Assembly (NCBI GenBank): GCA_014905635.1
Contig: JABVCE010000027.1
Location: 248,001 to 312,000, forward strand
DNA: 64,000 bases
Reading direction: 5' to 3'
Origin: Scenedesmus sp. PABB004
Lineage: Eukaryota
The number at the start of each line of letters is the position of its first letter. Within the stretch, counting starts at the first letter, position 1. The position numbers were made by a program, and so were the translations under genes. Under the pieces are notes generated by a model. It saw nothing but the letters and a program-made list of their open reading frames with translations, had not been told where the DNA came from and searched no databases. Positions 24,581 through 36,054 of the stretch are shown here, piece after piece.

Positions 24581-26372
24581 TCAGCCGTCGGGCAGCTCCA
24601 GCGCAAACGCGCCGAGCGCGCCGTTGCGATAGTCACACAGCAGCCGCACACCAGCCTGCTCGCGGTCGCCGCCAAACACCTGCGCGCGCGCACACACGGC
24701 GGCGGGCGGGCGGGCGGGCGGGCGGCGCGGGCGTCTGGGCGCGCGCACCGCGGCCGCCGAGCGCCTGCCGCCCTGCCCGGCGCCGGCGCCGGCCCCGCCG
24801 CGCCGCGCCTGGCCGGCCACGTGCGCGACAAAGTCCTCCCCGCTCGCGCCGCGGGGGTCGAGGCCGTAGCGGCGCGCGAGCGCGGCCAGCGGCGCCGCGC
24901 CGCGCGGGAGGGCCTTGACGCGGATCACGAGCGCCGCGGCGACGAGGCTCGCGACGTAGCTCGCCTCGCCGATGTCGTTGCACATGGCGAGGCGCTGCGC
25001 GGCGGTCTGGTCGACGAATGAGGCGGGGATGATGCCGGGTGCGTCCAGCAGGTCAACCTCGCCGCCCAGGCGCACCCAGCTGGCGGGGCGGCGCGGCGGG
25101 TGCGGGCGCGGACGCGCGTGAGCGCGGGGGGCGCGCGGCGCAGGCGCGCGGAGGGCGGCGCGGGCGGCGCGGGCGCGCACCGCAGCACGCGCGTCACGCC
25201 CGGCCGCGCCGCGCTGTCGACGACGCGCCGCCCGAGCAGGCGGTTGATGAGCGCCGACTTGCCTGGCGCGCCGGGGCGGGGCGCGGGCGGCGCGCGGGCT
25301 CAGGCGCGGGGCTCGGGCCCTGGGCCGGCTTGGTCAGCGGGCGGGGCGTGCCGCCCCGCCGCCGCCGCCGCCGCCGCGTCGCACCGATGTTTGGGAAGCC
25401 GATGACGCAGCAGCGCACGGGGCGCGGCGCGAGGCCGCGCCGCGCGCGCTTGGCGTTGATGTGGTCGCTCAGCTTGACCGCCGCGCGGCGCAGCGCGTGG
25501 ACGCCGGCGCCGTTCTTGCCGTCGGTCCAAAAAACGTGCGACGGCAGCGCCGGCGGCCCCTCGTCCGGCTGCTGCTCCGGCTGCTGCTCCTGCCGCTGCT
25601 CCTGCAGCAGGTGCTGCTGCTCCTGCTGCTGCTGCTGCTGCCCGCCGTCGCCGGCCGCGGCCGCCGCCGCGGCCGCCTTTCGCCGCGCCGACGCCGCGCG
25701 CTTCGCTGCGGCGGCCGCCGCCGCGGCTGCGGCCTCGGCGGTGAACGCCCGGTCCCAGGCGGCCCTGTCCGCGCTGCTGATCATGTCGCAGCGGTTGACC
25801 ACCACCAGGCGCGGCTTGCCGCCGATCCACAGCGGCACCTGCGGAGCGCGCCGCGCGGTGAGCGGCTGCTGGCAGCGGGCTGGCCGCGCGCCCGCCGCGC
25901 CGCCGCCGCTGCGGCGTGGCGCGCCAGCTCGCCGCCGGCGGGGCCAAGGCCCTGGCCGTCCTGCAACACGCGCCTGGGGGTGGCAGGTGGACTGCGGGAT
26001 GCGCGCGTCGCGGACCTCGAGCACCAGGTCCACCATTTTCAGCTGCTCCTTGAGCTGCCGCTCCGCGCGCGCGATGTGCCCGGGATACCACTGCAACGTG
26101 TGACACTGGAACGACGCGTCCGCGGCGTCCGCGGCCTCCACGGCCTCGGGGGCGGGCGCCGGCACATCGACGACGCGCTTCGGCGCGCGCCGCTGCGCGC
26201 TGCCGGGGCGCTGCTTGGTCGAGGCGGCGAAGATGGGTGTACTGCGTCCGCGCACAGGCTGCCGGGCTGCGCCGCGCGCCGCCGGGCCGCCGCCGGGCGC
26301 CGACGGCCGGCGCCGCTGCGGCGGCGCCGCTGCCGCCGCTCGCCGCGTCGGCAGGGAGCACTGCATGGCCAT
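24581..26372 (-). CDS. rbgA: RbgA/YlqF circularly permuted ribosome-biogenesis GTPase (DAR GTPase), probably chloroplastic
   Basis: [19 protein letters not shown]4 VNRCD, G1 GFPNIG|KSALIN, G2 RPGVTR, G3 LLDAPGII. Confidence 0.93.
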
Positions 26373-26559
26373 GGTGCGCGGTGCTGCGCGGAGTGCGGCG
26401 CTGGAACGCCTCCTGGATGGGCGAGCGCGCCGCTGCGGCAGTGACGGCGCTCGTTCGTTGAGCCCTCCGGCGCGGAGGCTGCACGGCCCCGCCGCAGCTC
26501 GCTGCCCCTCTCACTCCCGCCCTCCTGCCCCCCTCCCTCCGCTGCCAGCCTGCCGCGCC

Positions 26560-27746
26560 ATGGCTGGTTCCACGCCAACGGCGCCCCGCGTGCGGCTGCT
26601 GCGGCTGGCGGGGCTCGACATACTGCGCCAGCTGCAGCTCGAGGAGGCCCTCCTGCGCGCCACGGGCGCCAACTGGTTCCTGATCAACGACGGCGTGCCG
26701 TCGCCGGCGATCGTGATGGGCATCTCGGGGTGCGGCGGCACGGCGCGCCGCTGCCGCCGCCGCCGCGCTGCTGCCGCCGGGTGGCGCCGCGCCGGCCCGA
26801 CACCGCGCCCCGCCCGCCGGTCCTCCCCGCCAGGCAGGTCTCAGAGCTCATCGACGTGCCCGCGGCGCGCGCGCAGCGGCTGCGCGTGATCAAGCGCTTC
26901 ACCGGCGGCGGCACGGTCGTGGTCGACCGCGGCACGCTGCTCACCGCGCTCATCTTGCAGGACGGCGCGGTGCCGGGGCTGGAGTGCTTTCCCATGCCCA
27001 TCATGCGCTGGACGGAGGCCTTCTACGCTGGCGTCTTTGCCGGCCACGGGCAGTTCGCGCTGCGCGAGCATGGTGCGGCCGCCGGCGGCGGCGGCGCCAT
27101 GCCGGCGGCGCCGGCGGCGCGCTGGCGGCCGGCTCTGACCCGGCCCGCCCGCGCCGCCGCCGCCGCCGTGCGCTGGGGCGCTGGCGGCGCGCAGACTACG
27201 TGTTTGGCGGCCGCAAGTTTGGGGGCAACGCGCAGGCCATCACCAGCCGGCGCTGGCTGCACCACACCAGCCTGCTCTGGGACTTTGACCCCGCCAACAT
27301 GGCGGCGCTGACCAACCCGGCGAAGCAGCCCAAGTACCGCGGGGTGGGCGGCGCCCCCCGCGGCGCCCCGCGGCGCCGCAGCGCGGCGCGGCGCGGCGGC
27401 GCCCGCCGCCCGTCGCCGCGGGCGGGCCGCCGCGCACGCGCACGCGCGCCCCCTGCGCGCCGCAGGGCCGCGAGCATGGCTCGTTCCTGGTGAAGCTCAA
27501 GCACGTGCTGCCCAGCCGCGCCGCGCTGGTGGAGACCCTGGTCGCCAACGCGGCCGCGCACTTCGACCTGCAGGCGCGGCCGCGCCCCCTGGCCGCCCTC
27601 CGCCCCGCCGCGCCGGCGCCCCCGCGCCGATGGGCTCGCCCGCGCGCCGACGCGCGCAGGAGGCGTCGCTGGAGGAGGCGAGCGAGGCGCTGCAGCGGCA
27701 CTACCTGAAGGCAAACAAAGTCATCGACCTCTCCAGCAGCCCCTGA
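26560..27746 (+). CDS. LPLA: Lipoate-protein ligase A family (BPL/LPL catalytic domain)
   Basis: QLQLEEALLR, AIVMGISG, VIKRFTGGGTVVVD, RKFGGNAQ, WLHHTSLLWDF, PAKQPKYR; four introns. Confidence 0.88.
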
Positions 27747-27808
27747 CCTGGTGGCCTCCACTCGCCCGACACAACTCACCAGCTGCGCCACGCCGCGGCG
27801 CCACCACC

Positions 27809-28196
27809 TCGCGCTGCTGGCCGCGGCCGCGGGTGCGCGCGCGGGCTGCCGGCAGCGTGGGCGCCGCGCCGCCTCGCTGCCGCCCCCTGACCGCACGCGC
27901 CGCCGCTGCCCGCGCGTGCGCAGCGGCCGCCGCCGCGGGCGACTGGCCGCGCCCGCCGCACGACCAGCACGCCGCGCTGGCGCGGTGGCTGGCGCACAAG
28001 GCCGACTGGGGCAGCCTGGCGACGCTGACGCCGGACGGCGGTGCCGCGCTCGGGTGCGCAGCTGCGCTGCCCCCGCACGGCCCCCTGCGGCCGACCCGGC
28101 AGCGCGTGCTCAACGGCAGCAGCAGGGAGGCAGTAGCGCGAGGCAGCAGCGCCCACCGCCCACCCGCGCGCGCGCGCGGGCGCGGCGGCGGCCTGA
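27809..28196 (+). pseudogene. Truncated, internally deleted copy of the CREG gene
   Basis: Near-identical to the reverse complement of 34919-~34570 (end of exon 1, intron 1, exon DWPRPPHDQHAALARWLAHKADWGSLATL), fused at ~28150 to the CREG 3' end. It lacks the ATG and about 800 nt of central exons. Confidence 0.85.
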
Positions 28197-28955
28197 CGCG
28201 GCCGGCGGCGCGATGCGGCCAGGCCTGGCGTGGCCCGCGTGGCAGGAGGCGCGGCGTGGGGGGCGTGGGCATGGGCACCGCGTGCGCCTGCGGGCTGCTG
28301 CTGCACTGCGCGGCGCGGCGGCGGCGCGCGCGCACACGCCGCAGCGCGCCACGGCCCCTCCTCATCGGCTCGCCGCCGCACGCCCCCAGGGCGGTGGCGC
28401 TGTGCGCGTGTGCATGCGTTGTGCGCGTGCTGGTGCTGCGCGCCGCTGGCGGCCCGGGGCAACGCCGTTGACCGACTGCGACGCGCGCGCTGCACGGGCG
28501 GCGGCGCGCAGGCCACGGCGGCCCGCCGCGCTGCGCACGCAGCGGCTTGGCAGCCCAGGGGCGCGGTGTTCGCGCCCCAGGCGACCAGGGCGCGCGAAAA
28601 TCGGGCGTCACCGGTCGGCGCGCTCGCGCCGCCCCCGATCACTGCCGCGCCCGGCGCCCAGCAGGCGCCCGCCCGCCGCCAGCGTGCCGCCGGCGGCGCG
28701 ACGCAGCGTTCACGCGGGCAGGCGGGCGCAAACGCGGCGGTCCGCCCTCGGGGCGATCCTGCGCGGCATGTCCAAATCGCGGCAGGATGCGGCCGCTCAA
28801 GCGCTGGCGCGCCCCCGCCGCGCCCAGACCCACCGCTCGACGCTCCGGCCGCAGACGACAGCCCGCAGACGACAGCCCGCAGCGACGCGCCACACGCCCC
28901 CACCGCCCAGGCCAGGGCCGCCGAGGCCGCTCCCAGTCGATCGCGGCGCGTGGCG
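27809..28955. repeat. Left arm of a long inverted duplication (pairs with 32978-34919)
   Basis: For example 28590-28620 GCGCGCGAAAATCGGGCGTCACCGGTCGGCG is the reverse complement of ~33300-33330; similarity is continuous with scattered substitutions and small indels. Confidence 0.9.
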
Positions 28956-29334
28956 CGGCTCATTCGGTGCATGCCGCCGTCCTAGCGCGGCCCCAATCCC
29001 GTCCGGCGCCCCAGGTGCGCGCGCGGCGCCTTCTGCTCCGCCCATCTCCGCCATCCGCGTGCCGCGCGCACGGCCCCGCGGCGCAGCGCCGCCCGCTTCG
29101 GCGCCGGCCGTCGAGCGCGGCTGAGCACCGAGCGGCCACCAGCGCGGGGCGCTGGCGCGTGGACCGGCGTTGGCGGGCCCCAGGCCCGGCGCCGCGGTTC
29201 CCGGCGGCCGCCCGCCCCTGCGGCGTCCCGGGCGCCTGTTCGCGCTCAGAGCGCCGCCCGGCGCTGGCGCCCGGCCCGCAGGCGCCTAGCTCTTGATGTG
29301 CCAGGGGCCTCCCGCCTGCTCCGCGGTCGCTGCC

Positions 29335-31583
29335 ATGAGCGCGCCCGGCAATGCGACGGTAAGGCGGCGCCGGCGCGGCGTGGCGCGACGACGGGGGCTG
29401 CGGACCCCCGCGGCGGCGGGGCGGGCAGCAGATGCTGGCGTCCACACGTTCGGCCGCCCACGCCCACCCACGCCCGCCGCCGCGCCGCCCCGCGGGGACG
29501 CCCCGGCGCGACGCAGGAGCCCATCTTCGGGCGGCGCATCGTGTTCTTCGGCGCCGCGGAGGACGTGAACGAGCCGACGCTGCTGTCGCTGTTCAGCCGC
29601 CACGGCGATGTCACCGGCCTCTTCCTAGTCCGCTCCGCGCTGGGCCTGCCCAGCGGCTGCGGCTACGTCACGCTGGCGACCGCAGCGGCGGCGCGCGGCG
29701 CGATGGCGGCGCTGCAGGGCAGCGCCGAGTGCGCGGAGCCGGGCGGCAAGCTCGGCCTGCTGATCGTCGACCGCGCCGCGAGCGCCGACGGCGGCGCCGA
29801 GCAGCAGCAGCAGCAGCAGCCCGGCGACGGCAGCGGCGCGTCGACGCCCGTATCCAAGGACGGCCGCACGGTGAGCGGGCGGCGCGCGCGGGAGGTGCAG
29901 GCGCGCGGGCGGCGGCGCGCCTCCCGCGCGCGCCGCCCCACCTCACCCGCGCCCGGCCCGCCGCCCCGCCCCCGCGCGCCGCAGGTCTTTTTCACCAAGG
30001 TCCCGCCGACCGTGACGGCGCACCAGCTCATCCAGCTCTTCACCGCGTGCGGTGAGGTGGTGCACGTGGAGCTCTTCACGCCCTGGCCCGGCGCCAAGAT
30101 CAGCAAGGGCTGCGGGCTCGTCGAGTTTGCGCGCCCCGACGCGGCGGCCGCGGCGGTGCAGAGCCTGCACCAGGCCTTCACCTGGCCGCACAGCCACAGC
30201 CACCTCGTGGTGGAGTGGGTCGACGCCAAGCGGCAGGCCAACAACCGCGCAACCAAGCTCAGCAAGGCCGCCGCGGCGGGCGGCGACGGCGCGCTGCGGC
30301 GCTGCCTCACGGTGCCGGCGCAGCAGCGCGACGCCGGGGCGGGCCCGGCGGGCTCCAGCCCCGGCGCGAGCATGGCGCAGCTCGCCGCGGCGGCGGCGGC
30401 GCAGAGCCGCAGCTGCCCGCTCCCGCGCGCGGGCATGCCCGGCTGGCCCGCCGGGCTGCCCTGGGCGCCCGCGTACGCGGCGAGCGGGGCGCTGCCGCAG
30501 GTGTCGGAGCACGGCCCGCTCGCGTACTTCCCGCTGCAGCATGCGGCGGTGACGCACGCGGCGGTGCAGCGGCAGGGCAGCGGCGACGGCCCGACCTACT
30601 GGTGGGCGCTGCAGCAGCAGCCCGGCAGCGCCGGCTCGAGCGCCGCGAGCAACGCGGCGAGCGGGTACGAGAGCAGCCTCGGCATGGCCTTTGCCAGCAG
30701 CACCGTGAGCAACGCGAGCAGCGGCCCGCTCCCCGGGACGCTCAGCCCCGGCGACGCCTCGGCCGCGAGCCTCGCGTGCATGCAGCAGCAGCAGGCCGGC
30801 GACTACGGCACCGGCGGCTGCCAGAGCCCCAACGCAGGCGGCGGCGGCGGCGAGCCGGCGCTGGCCATCGCCGCCGCGGCAGCGCTCGGCGCGGGGCGCG
30901 CCGACCCGATGTGGGCGCACCTGCAGCAGCAGAACATCATGCTCCTGCAGCCCATGGGCAACCCGGTCGAGGAGCACCACGGCGGCGGCGGCGGCACGCG
31001 CGTGCTGCTGCCCTCCACGACGGCCGGCTTTGTGCAGGAGCGCCAGGCGCTGCAGATGGCCGCTGCCGGCGGCGGCCTGGTGCCCGCGACGAGCGGGGCG
31101 ATGCTGATGATGCAGCAGCACCAGCGGCAGCAGCATGCGGCGACCATGCAGCGCCAGGCGGCGCAGCAGCAGCAGTACATCTATGCCGCAGGCGGCGCGG
31201 GCCTGTACCAGCACGCCGGCGCGCGCCTGCCGCCGCAGCAGCAGATGCAGCAGCAGCAGCAGATGCAGCAGCAGCAGCAGGTGCAGTGGTGGGGCCAGGC
31301 GCCGGCGGTGCCGGCGCCGGCGCCGGCGCCCGAGGCGGTGATGACCGTGCCGCTGACCGGCCGGCAGCTGCAGGTCATGTCGAGCGTGCTGCCCGAGGTG
31401 CCGCGCCTGTCCGGCGCGAGTGCGTGCCTCACCGCCGCGCTGGGCGGCGGCGGCGTGCAGCTCATGATCACCGGCCCGCCGGCCGAGGTCAGCGCGGCGC
31501 ACGGCGCCGTGGGCATGATGCTGCTCAAGCTCGGCGTGGACGAGCCGCTGGCGATGCCCGCGCTGCACCAGCAGGCGGCGTGA
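29335..31583 (+). CDS. RNA-binding protein with two RRMs (CELF/Bruno-like), a Q-rich linker and a possible C-terminal KH-like fold
   Basis: RRM1 LLSLFSRHGDV...PSGCGYV; RRM2 VFFTKVP...LFTACGEV...SKGCGLVEF...LVVEWVD; introns 29359-29516 and 29871-29984. Confidence 0.8.
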
Positions 31584-32977
31584 GCGCGAGCGCGCGCTTG
31601 GCGCCCGCGCCCGCGGGCACGCGCGGCCGGCCGGCCCTCGGCTGGCGGCGTGAGCGTTCGCGCGCGCGTTTATTGTTCAATGAGGCCCCGCACTGCCCGC
31701 ACACTGCCCGGCCCGGCGACTGCCGTGCGCCCTCCTCGCAAGCACGCCACGTGCTGGACGCATGCCTGCCCGCATCTCTCTTGCGCCTGCCGACCCCAAA
31801 AAGGCTCGCCCCTAGTCGGCAGCCCCGCGCCGCCCCACTGCGTTGTGTGGGGCGCGCGCGCGCCAGTGGCGGCGCGCCTGTTGGTTTGGGTGGGTGGCGA
31901 GCCCGCCCGCGCGCACAAACGCGCCATCGGCGCGGCGGCATTTGAGCGATCCGAGCCGTGAGCGCGCGTGATGACGGTGTGGGCCGGCCGCGCGCGCATG
32001 CGGGCCGCGCCCGCGCCGGCTGCCGGCCGCCGGCTGCCGGCGGGGATGATGGACCGATGGCGTGTGACCCAGCCACGAAACTGGAACTGGAATCAAGCAT
32101 GCATGCAAATTGAGGACAAGGCGCCGCGCGGCGGACGGAGCCCGTCGCCGCGCGGCCGCCGACGCCGGTCTGGCGGGCAGGGGCAGGCAGCAGCAGGGGT
32201 GACGGATGCTGATGCGGGCGGGCGGGCGGGTGAGGATGAGGATGATGGCGACCCGCCGCGGTGCGGCGGCGCGCTGCTGTCGCACGGAGCGCAGCACCCT
32301 GTTTGCCCTGGCTGGCTGGCTGGCGTGTTGAATCAATAAAGGAACGGGTCGACGGCGGCGAGTCCAAGAATATAAGCTGCCCCTGCGCAGCGGTGGCGGA
32401 GCTCTCCCAACCTGCTTGTTTTCGGCCCTTGCTCGCGCGCCTGTTTGCGCATGCTGCGCTGTCCCGTGTTGCGCGCGCCCCACACGCATCACACTCTGCT
32501 CCTGCCTGCCCGCACGCCCTCCCTCCCCGCGCGCGCGCCCCGTAAGTATGGGACCTGTGAGTATGGGGCGGTTCGAGGACCTTGAACCGCGAGCGAGCAA
32601 AGAAACTGTGCTGATCTTTGAAGGGGGCGGCGCCGCGCTGCTGCCCTTTGCGGCGGCACGGCGAGCGCGCGCCGCCGCCCCCGACGTCGGTGAGCGAGAA
32701 CGCCGAGGCGCGCTCCTGAGCTGCGCCCAGGATGATGATGCGAGATGGGGCTTTTGGGCTTTGGGCACACGCTGGTGTTGCTGCCCCTGGCCGGCCCAGC
32801 CAGCGATGCTTGAACACCCGCACGGAAGAAGAACGCATGCTGAGCGCGTGTGGACAACATGCTAATGGGGGGGAGCGCTGCTGCTCATCCATAATCATGC
32901 ATCATGGAAACGAATGGCTGTGGGCTTCCTCCGAGTAACGCGGCCACATCCCTCAGCACCCACGTCCGCCGCCCGCC

Positions 32978-34919
32978 CGCCACGCGCCGCGATCGACTGG
33001 TAGCGGCCTTGGCGGCCCCGGCCTGGGCGGTGGGGGCGTGTGGGGCGTCGCTGCGGGCTGTCGTCTGCGGCCTGAGCGTCGCGCGGTGGGTCTGGGCGCG
33101 GCGGGGGCGGGGGCGCGCCAGCGCTTGAGCGGCCACATCCTGCCGCGATTTGGACATGCCGCGCAGGATCGCCCCGAGGGCGGACCGCCGCGTTTGCGCC
33201 CGCCTGCCTGCGTGAACGCTCCGTCGCGCCGCCGGCGGCACGCTGGCGGCGGGCGGGCGCCTGCTGGGCGCCGGCGCGGCGGTGATCGGGGGCAGAGCGC
33301 GCCGACCGGTGACGCCCGATTTTCGCGCGCCCTGGTCGCCTGGGGCGCGAACACCGCGCCCCTGGGCTGCCAAGCCGCTGCGTGCGCAGCGCGGCGGGCC
33401 GCCGTGGCCTGCGCGCCGCCGCCCGTGCAGCGCGCGCGTCGCAGTCAGTCAACGGCGTTGCCCCGGGCCGCCAGCGGCGCGCAGCACCGGCACGCGCACA
33501 GCGCGCATGCATGCACACGCGCACAGCGCCACCGCCCTGGGGGCGTGCGGCGGCGAGCCGATGAGGCGGGGGCCGTGGCGCGCTGCGGCGTGTGCGCGCG
33601 CGCCGCCGCCGCGCAGTGCAGCAGCAGCCCGCCGGCGCGCGCGGTGGCCACACCCACGCCCCACGCCGCGCCCCCCACGCGGGCCACGCCAGGCCTGGCC
33701 GCCGCGCGCCGCCCGCCACGTCAGGCCGCCGCCGCGCCCGCGCGCGCGCGCCGGTGGGCGGTGGGCGCGGGGCGGGAGGGCGCGGGGCGGCTGGGCGCGG
33801 GGCGCGGGTCGGCCGCGTAGAACTCTTGGGCCGGAATGACGGCCATGCCGCCGTAAAACGACAGCAGGTGCACCTCCTGCACGTGCAGCTCCCACATGGT
33901 GAAGCCATGGTCGGCCGGCCACCCGCGCATCGCTGGGTGGCGGGAGAAGAGCGCGGCCGCCGCGGCGTCCGCGTCGGCGCCGCCCGGCACGCGCGCCATG
34001 CGGCCGAGCACTGCGATCTTGGCGCAGGTGGGGTCCTGCGGCGCGGGGAGGCCGGGCGCGCGCTCGGGCGCCTGCCCGCCCTGCCGCCCGCACGCGGCCG
34101 GGCCCTGACGCCGGCCGCTGGCGGGCGCCCTGCCGTGCGGACCGGCCGCGGCGCGGCGGCGGCGCTGCGAGCCCTGCGGCTGGCGCGGCGCGCGTGGGTC
34201 CTCACCTCCGGGTCGGTCGTGTCGCAGCCCCCCGGCAGCAGCTGCGCCTCGGCAATCGTGAGCGTGCACTGCGGGTGCGCCTGCGCGCGCGAGCGGCAGC
34301 GGCAGCGCGCGGCGCGGCGGCGGCTCGCCGTGCGGCGCCGCCCCGGCCCGGCTGCGGTGGGCGGGCGCGTGAACGCTGCGTGGCCGGGTGGCCGGCCCGC
34401 GCACCTCGACGTTCCTCCCCGTCTCGTCCATCGGCGTCAGATAGAAAAACAGGCGGCCGGACGGGTCGTCGCGCGCGCCGTCGCTCACGCTCACCACGCC
34501 GCTGCGGCGGCGGCGAGCGGCGCGTTGGCTGTCAGGCGCGCGAGCCCTCGCCGCGCGCCGCCCGCGTCGTGCCTCCCTGCTGCTGCCTCCTGCTGCGCCG
34601 TGCCGCTGCCGTCGAGCACGTGCTGCCGGGTGGGCCGCAGGGGGGCCGTGCGGGGGCAGCGCAGCTTGCGCACCCGAGCGCGGCGCCGCCGTCCGGCGTC
34701 AGCGTCGCCAGGCTGCCCCAGTCGGCCTTGTGCGCCAGCCACCGCGCCAGCGCGGCGTGCTGGTCGTGCGGCGGGCGCGGCCAGTCGCCCGCGGCGGCCG
34801 CCGCTGCGCACGCGGCCGGCAGCGGCGGCGCGTGCGGTCAGGGGGCGGCGGCGCGGCGGCGCGGCGCCCACGCTGCCGGCAGCCCGCGCGCGCACCCGCG
34901 GCCGCGGCCAGCAGCGCGA
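32978..34919. repeat. Right arm (source copy) of the inverted duplication, comprising CREG and its downstream flank
   Basis: Reverse-complement match to 27809-28955, except ~33769-34569, which is absent from the left arm. Confidence 0.85.
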
Positions 34920-34935
34920 TGCGCAGAGCGCGCAT
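33721..34935 (-). CDS. CREG1: CREG family protein (pyridoxamine-phosphate-oxidase-like split barrel), signal peptide
   Basis: ARWLAHKADWGSLATL, VSVSDG...SGRLFFYLTPMD, CTLTIAEAQ, DPE|DPTCAKIAVLG, LFSRHPAMRGWPADHGF, FYGG; four introns. Confidence 0.9.
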
Positions 34936-35118
34936 GGGCGCCGGCGCAGGCAGCGTGCTGGCGCACGTGCGCGCGGTTGGCGCGGCGGTCGCTGGTGCGC
35001 GCCGTCGATCGCCGCGGGTGTGCCGAGAGCGGGCTCTGAGGCCGCAGCAGGAGAGCGTCAAGGTTCTGTATGCCTCAAAAGACCAGCGCGTGTCTCAGCG
35101 CTGAGCCACAAAGCCCCG

Positions 35119-35619
35119 TCACGCGCCGCCGCCCAGCGCGCCGAGCGCGCGCAGCAGCTCGGCAAAGTCGGGCGGCAGCTCGCTGTCAAACTCCAGCCGC
35201 TCGCCCGTGCGCGGGTGCGTGAAGCTCAGCGTGCGCGCGTGCAGCGCGGGCCGCGCGAACGACTCGAGCGCGGCCCGCGCACCCGGCGCGAGGCTCGCGC
35301 GCTTGCCGGCCACCACGCGCGCCGCGGCGGCGTGTCCGGGACCGTAGAGATCATCTCCCAGCAGCGCGTGGCCGATGTGCCGCGCGTGCACCCTGCGCGC
35401 CGGCGGGTGCGGGCGGTGGTGGTGGTGCGGTCGCGGCCGGCCGCGCTCGCACGCGGCGCCCCGCGGCGCGCCGCGCGGCCTCACCGGATCTGGTGCGTGC
35501 GCCCCGTCTCCAGCCGCCACTGCACCAGCGCCGCGCCGCCGCCGGCGAGCACCTGCGGGGCGCCGACGGGGCCGCTGGGCGGGGGCCGGCGCCCGCGCTG
35601 TCTCCGCGCGCACGCGCGC

Positions 35620-35672
<53 letters not shown>

Positions 35673-36019
35673 AGCGGCGCGGCGGCGTTGGCGTGCTGCC
35701 GCACCTGCAGCACCTCGTAGTTGCTCGCCGCCGGCCGGCCGCGCGCGCAGCCGTACGGCGCGGCCGCCATGCGCAGCCGGTTGCCGGGGTCGCGGGCCAC
35801 GTTCGTCACGACGCGCGCGCGCCGCGGCGCCGGCGTGCCGGCGGTGACCGAGGCGTACACGCGGCCCACGCTGCGCGCCTTGAACTGCGCGCACAGGTGC
35901 GCGTGCGCCGCGTCTGTCTTGGCCACGACCATGAGCCCGCTGGTGCCGCGGTCGAGGCGGTGCACGATGCCGGGGCGCAGGATGCCCCGCGACCCGCCGC
36001 CGCCGTTGCCGCCGCCCGG

Positions 36020-36054
<35 letters not shown>

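Noticed and set aside
32568..32590. Hairpin GCGGTTCGAGG-A-CCTTGAACCGC containing GTTCGA
   Set aside because: No tRNA cloverleaf or A-box around it
32724..32848. Possible C/D snoRNA (ATGATGA at 32732, CTGA at 32840, short GCGC stem)
   Set aside because: I could not identify an rRNA/snRNA-complementary guide, and the boxes are short enough to arise by chance; needs snoscan/Infernal
27809..34919. Inverted arms as transposon terminal inverted repeats
   Set aside because: Arms are host CREG sequence; no transposase or target-site duplication seen
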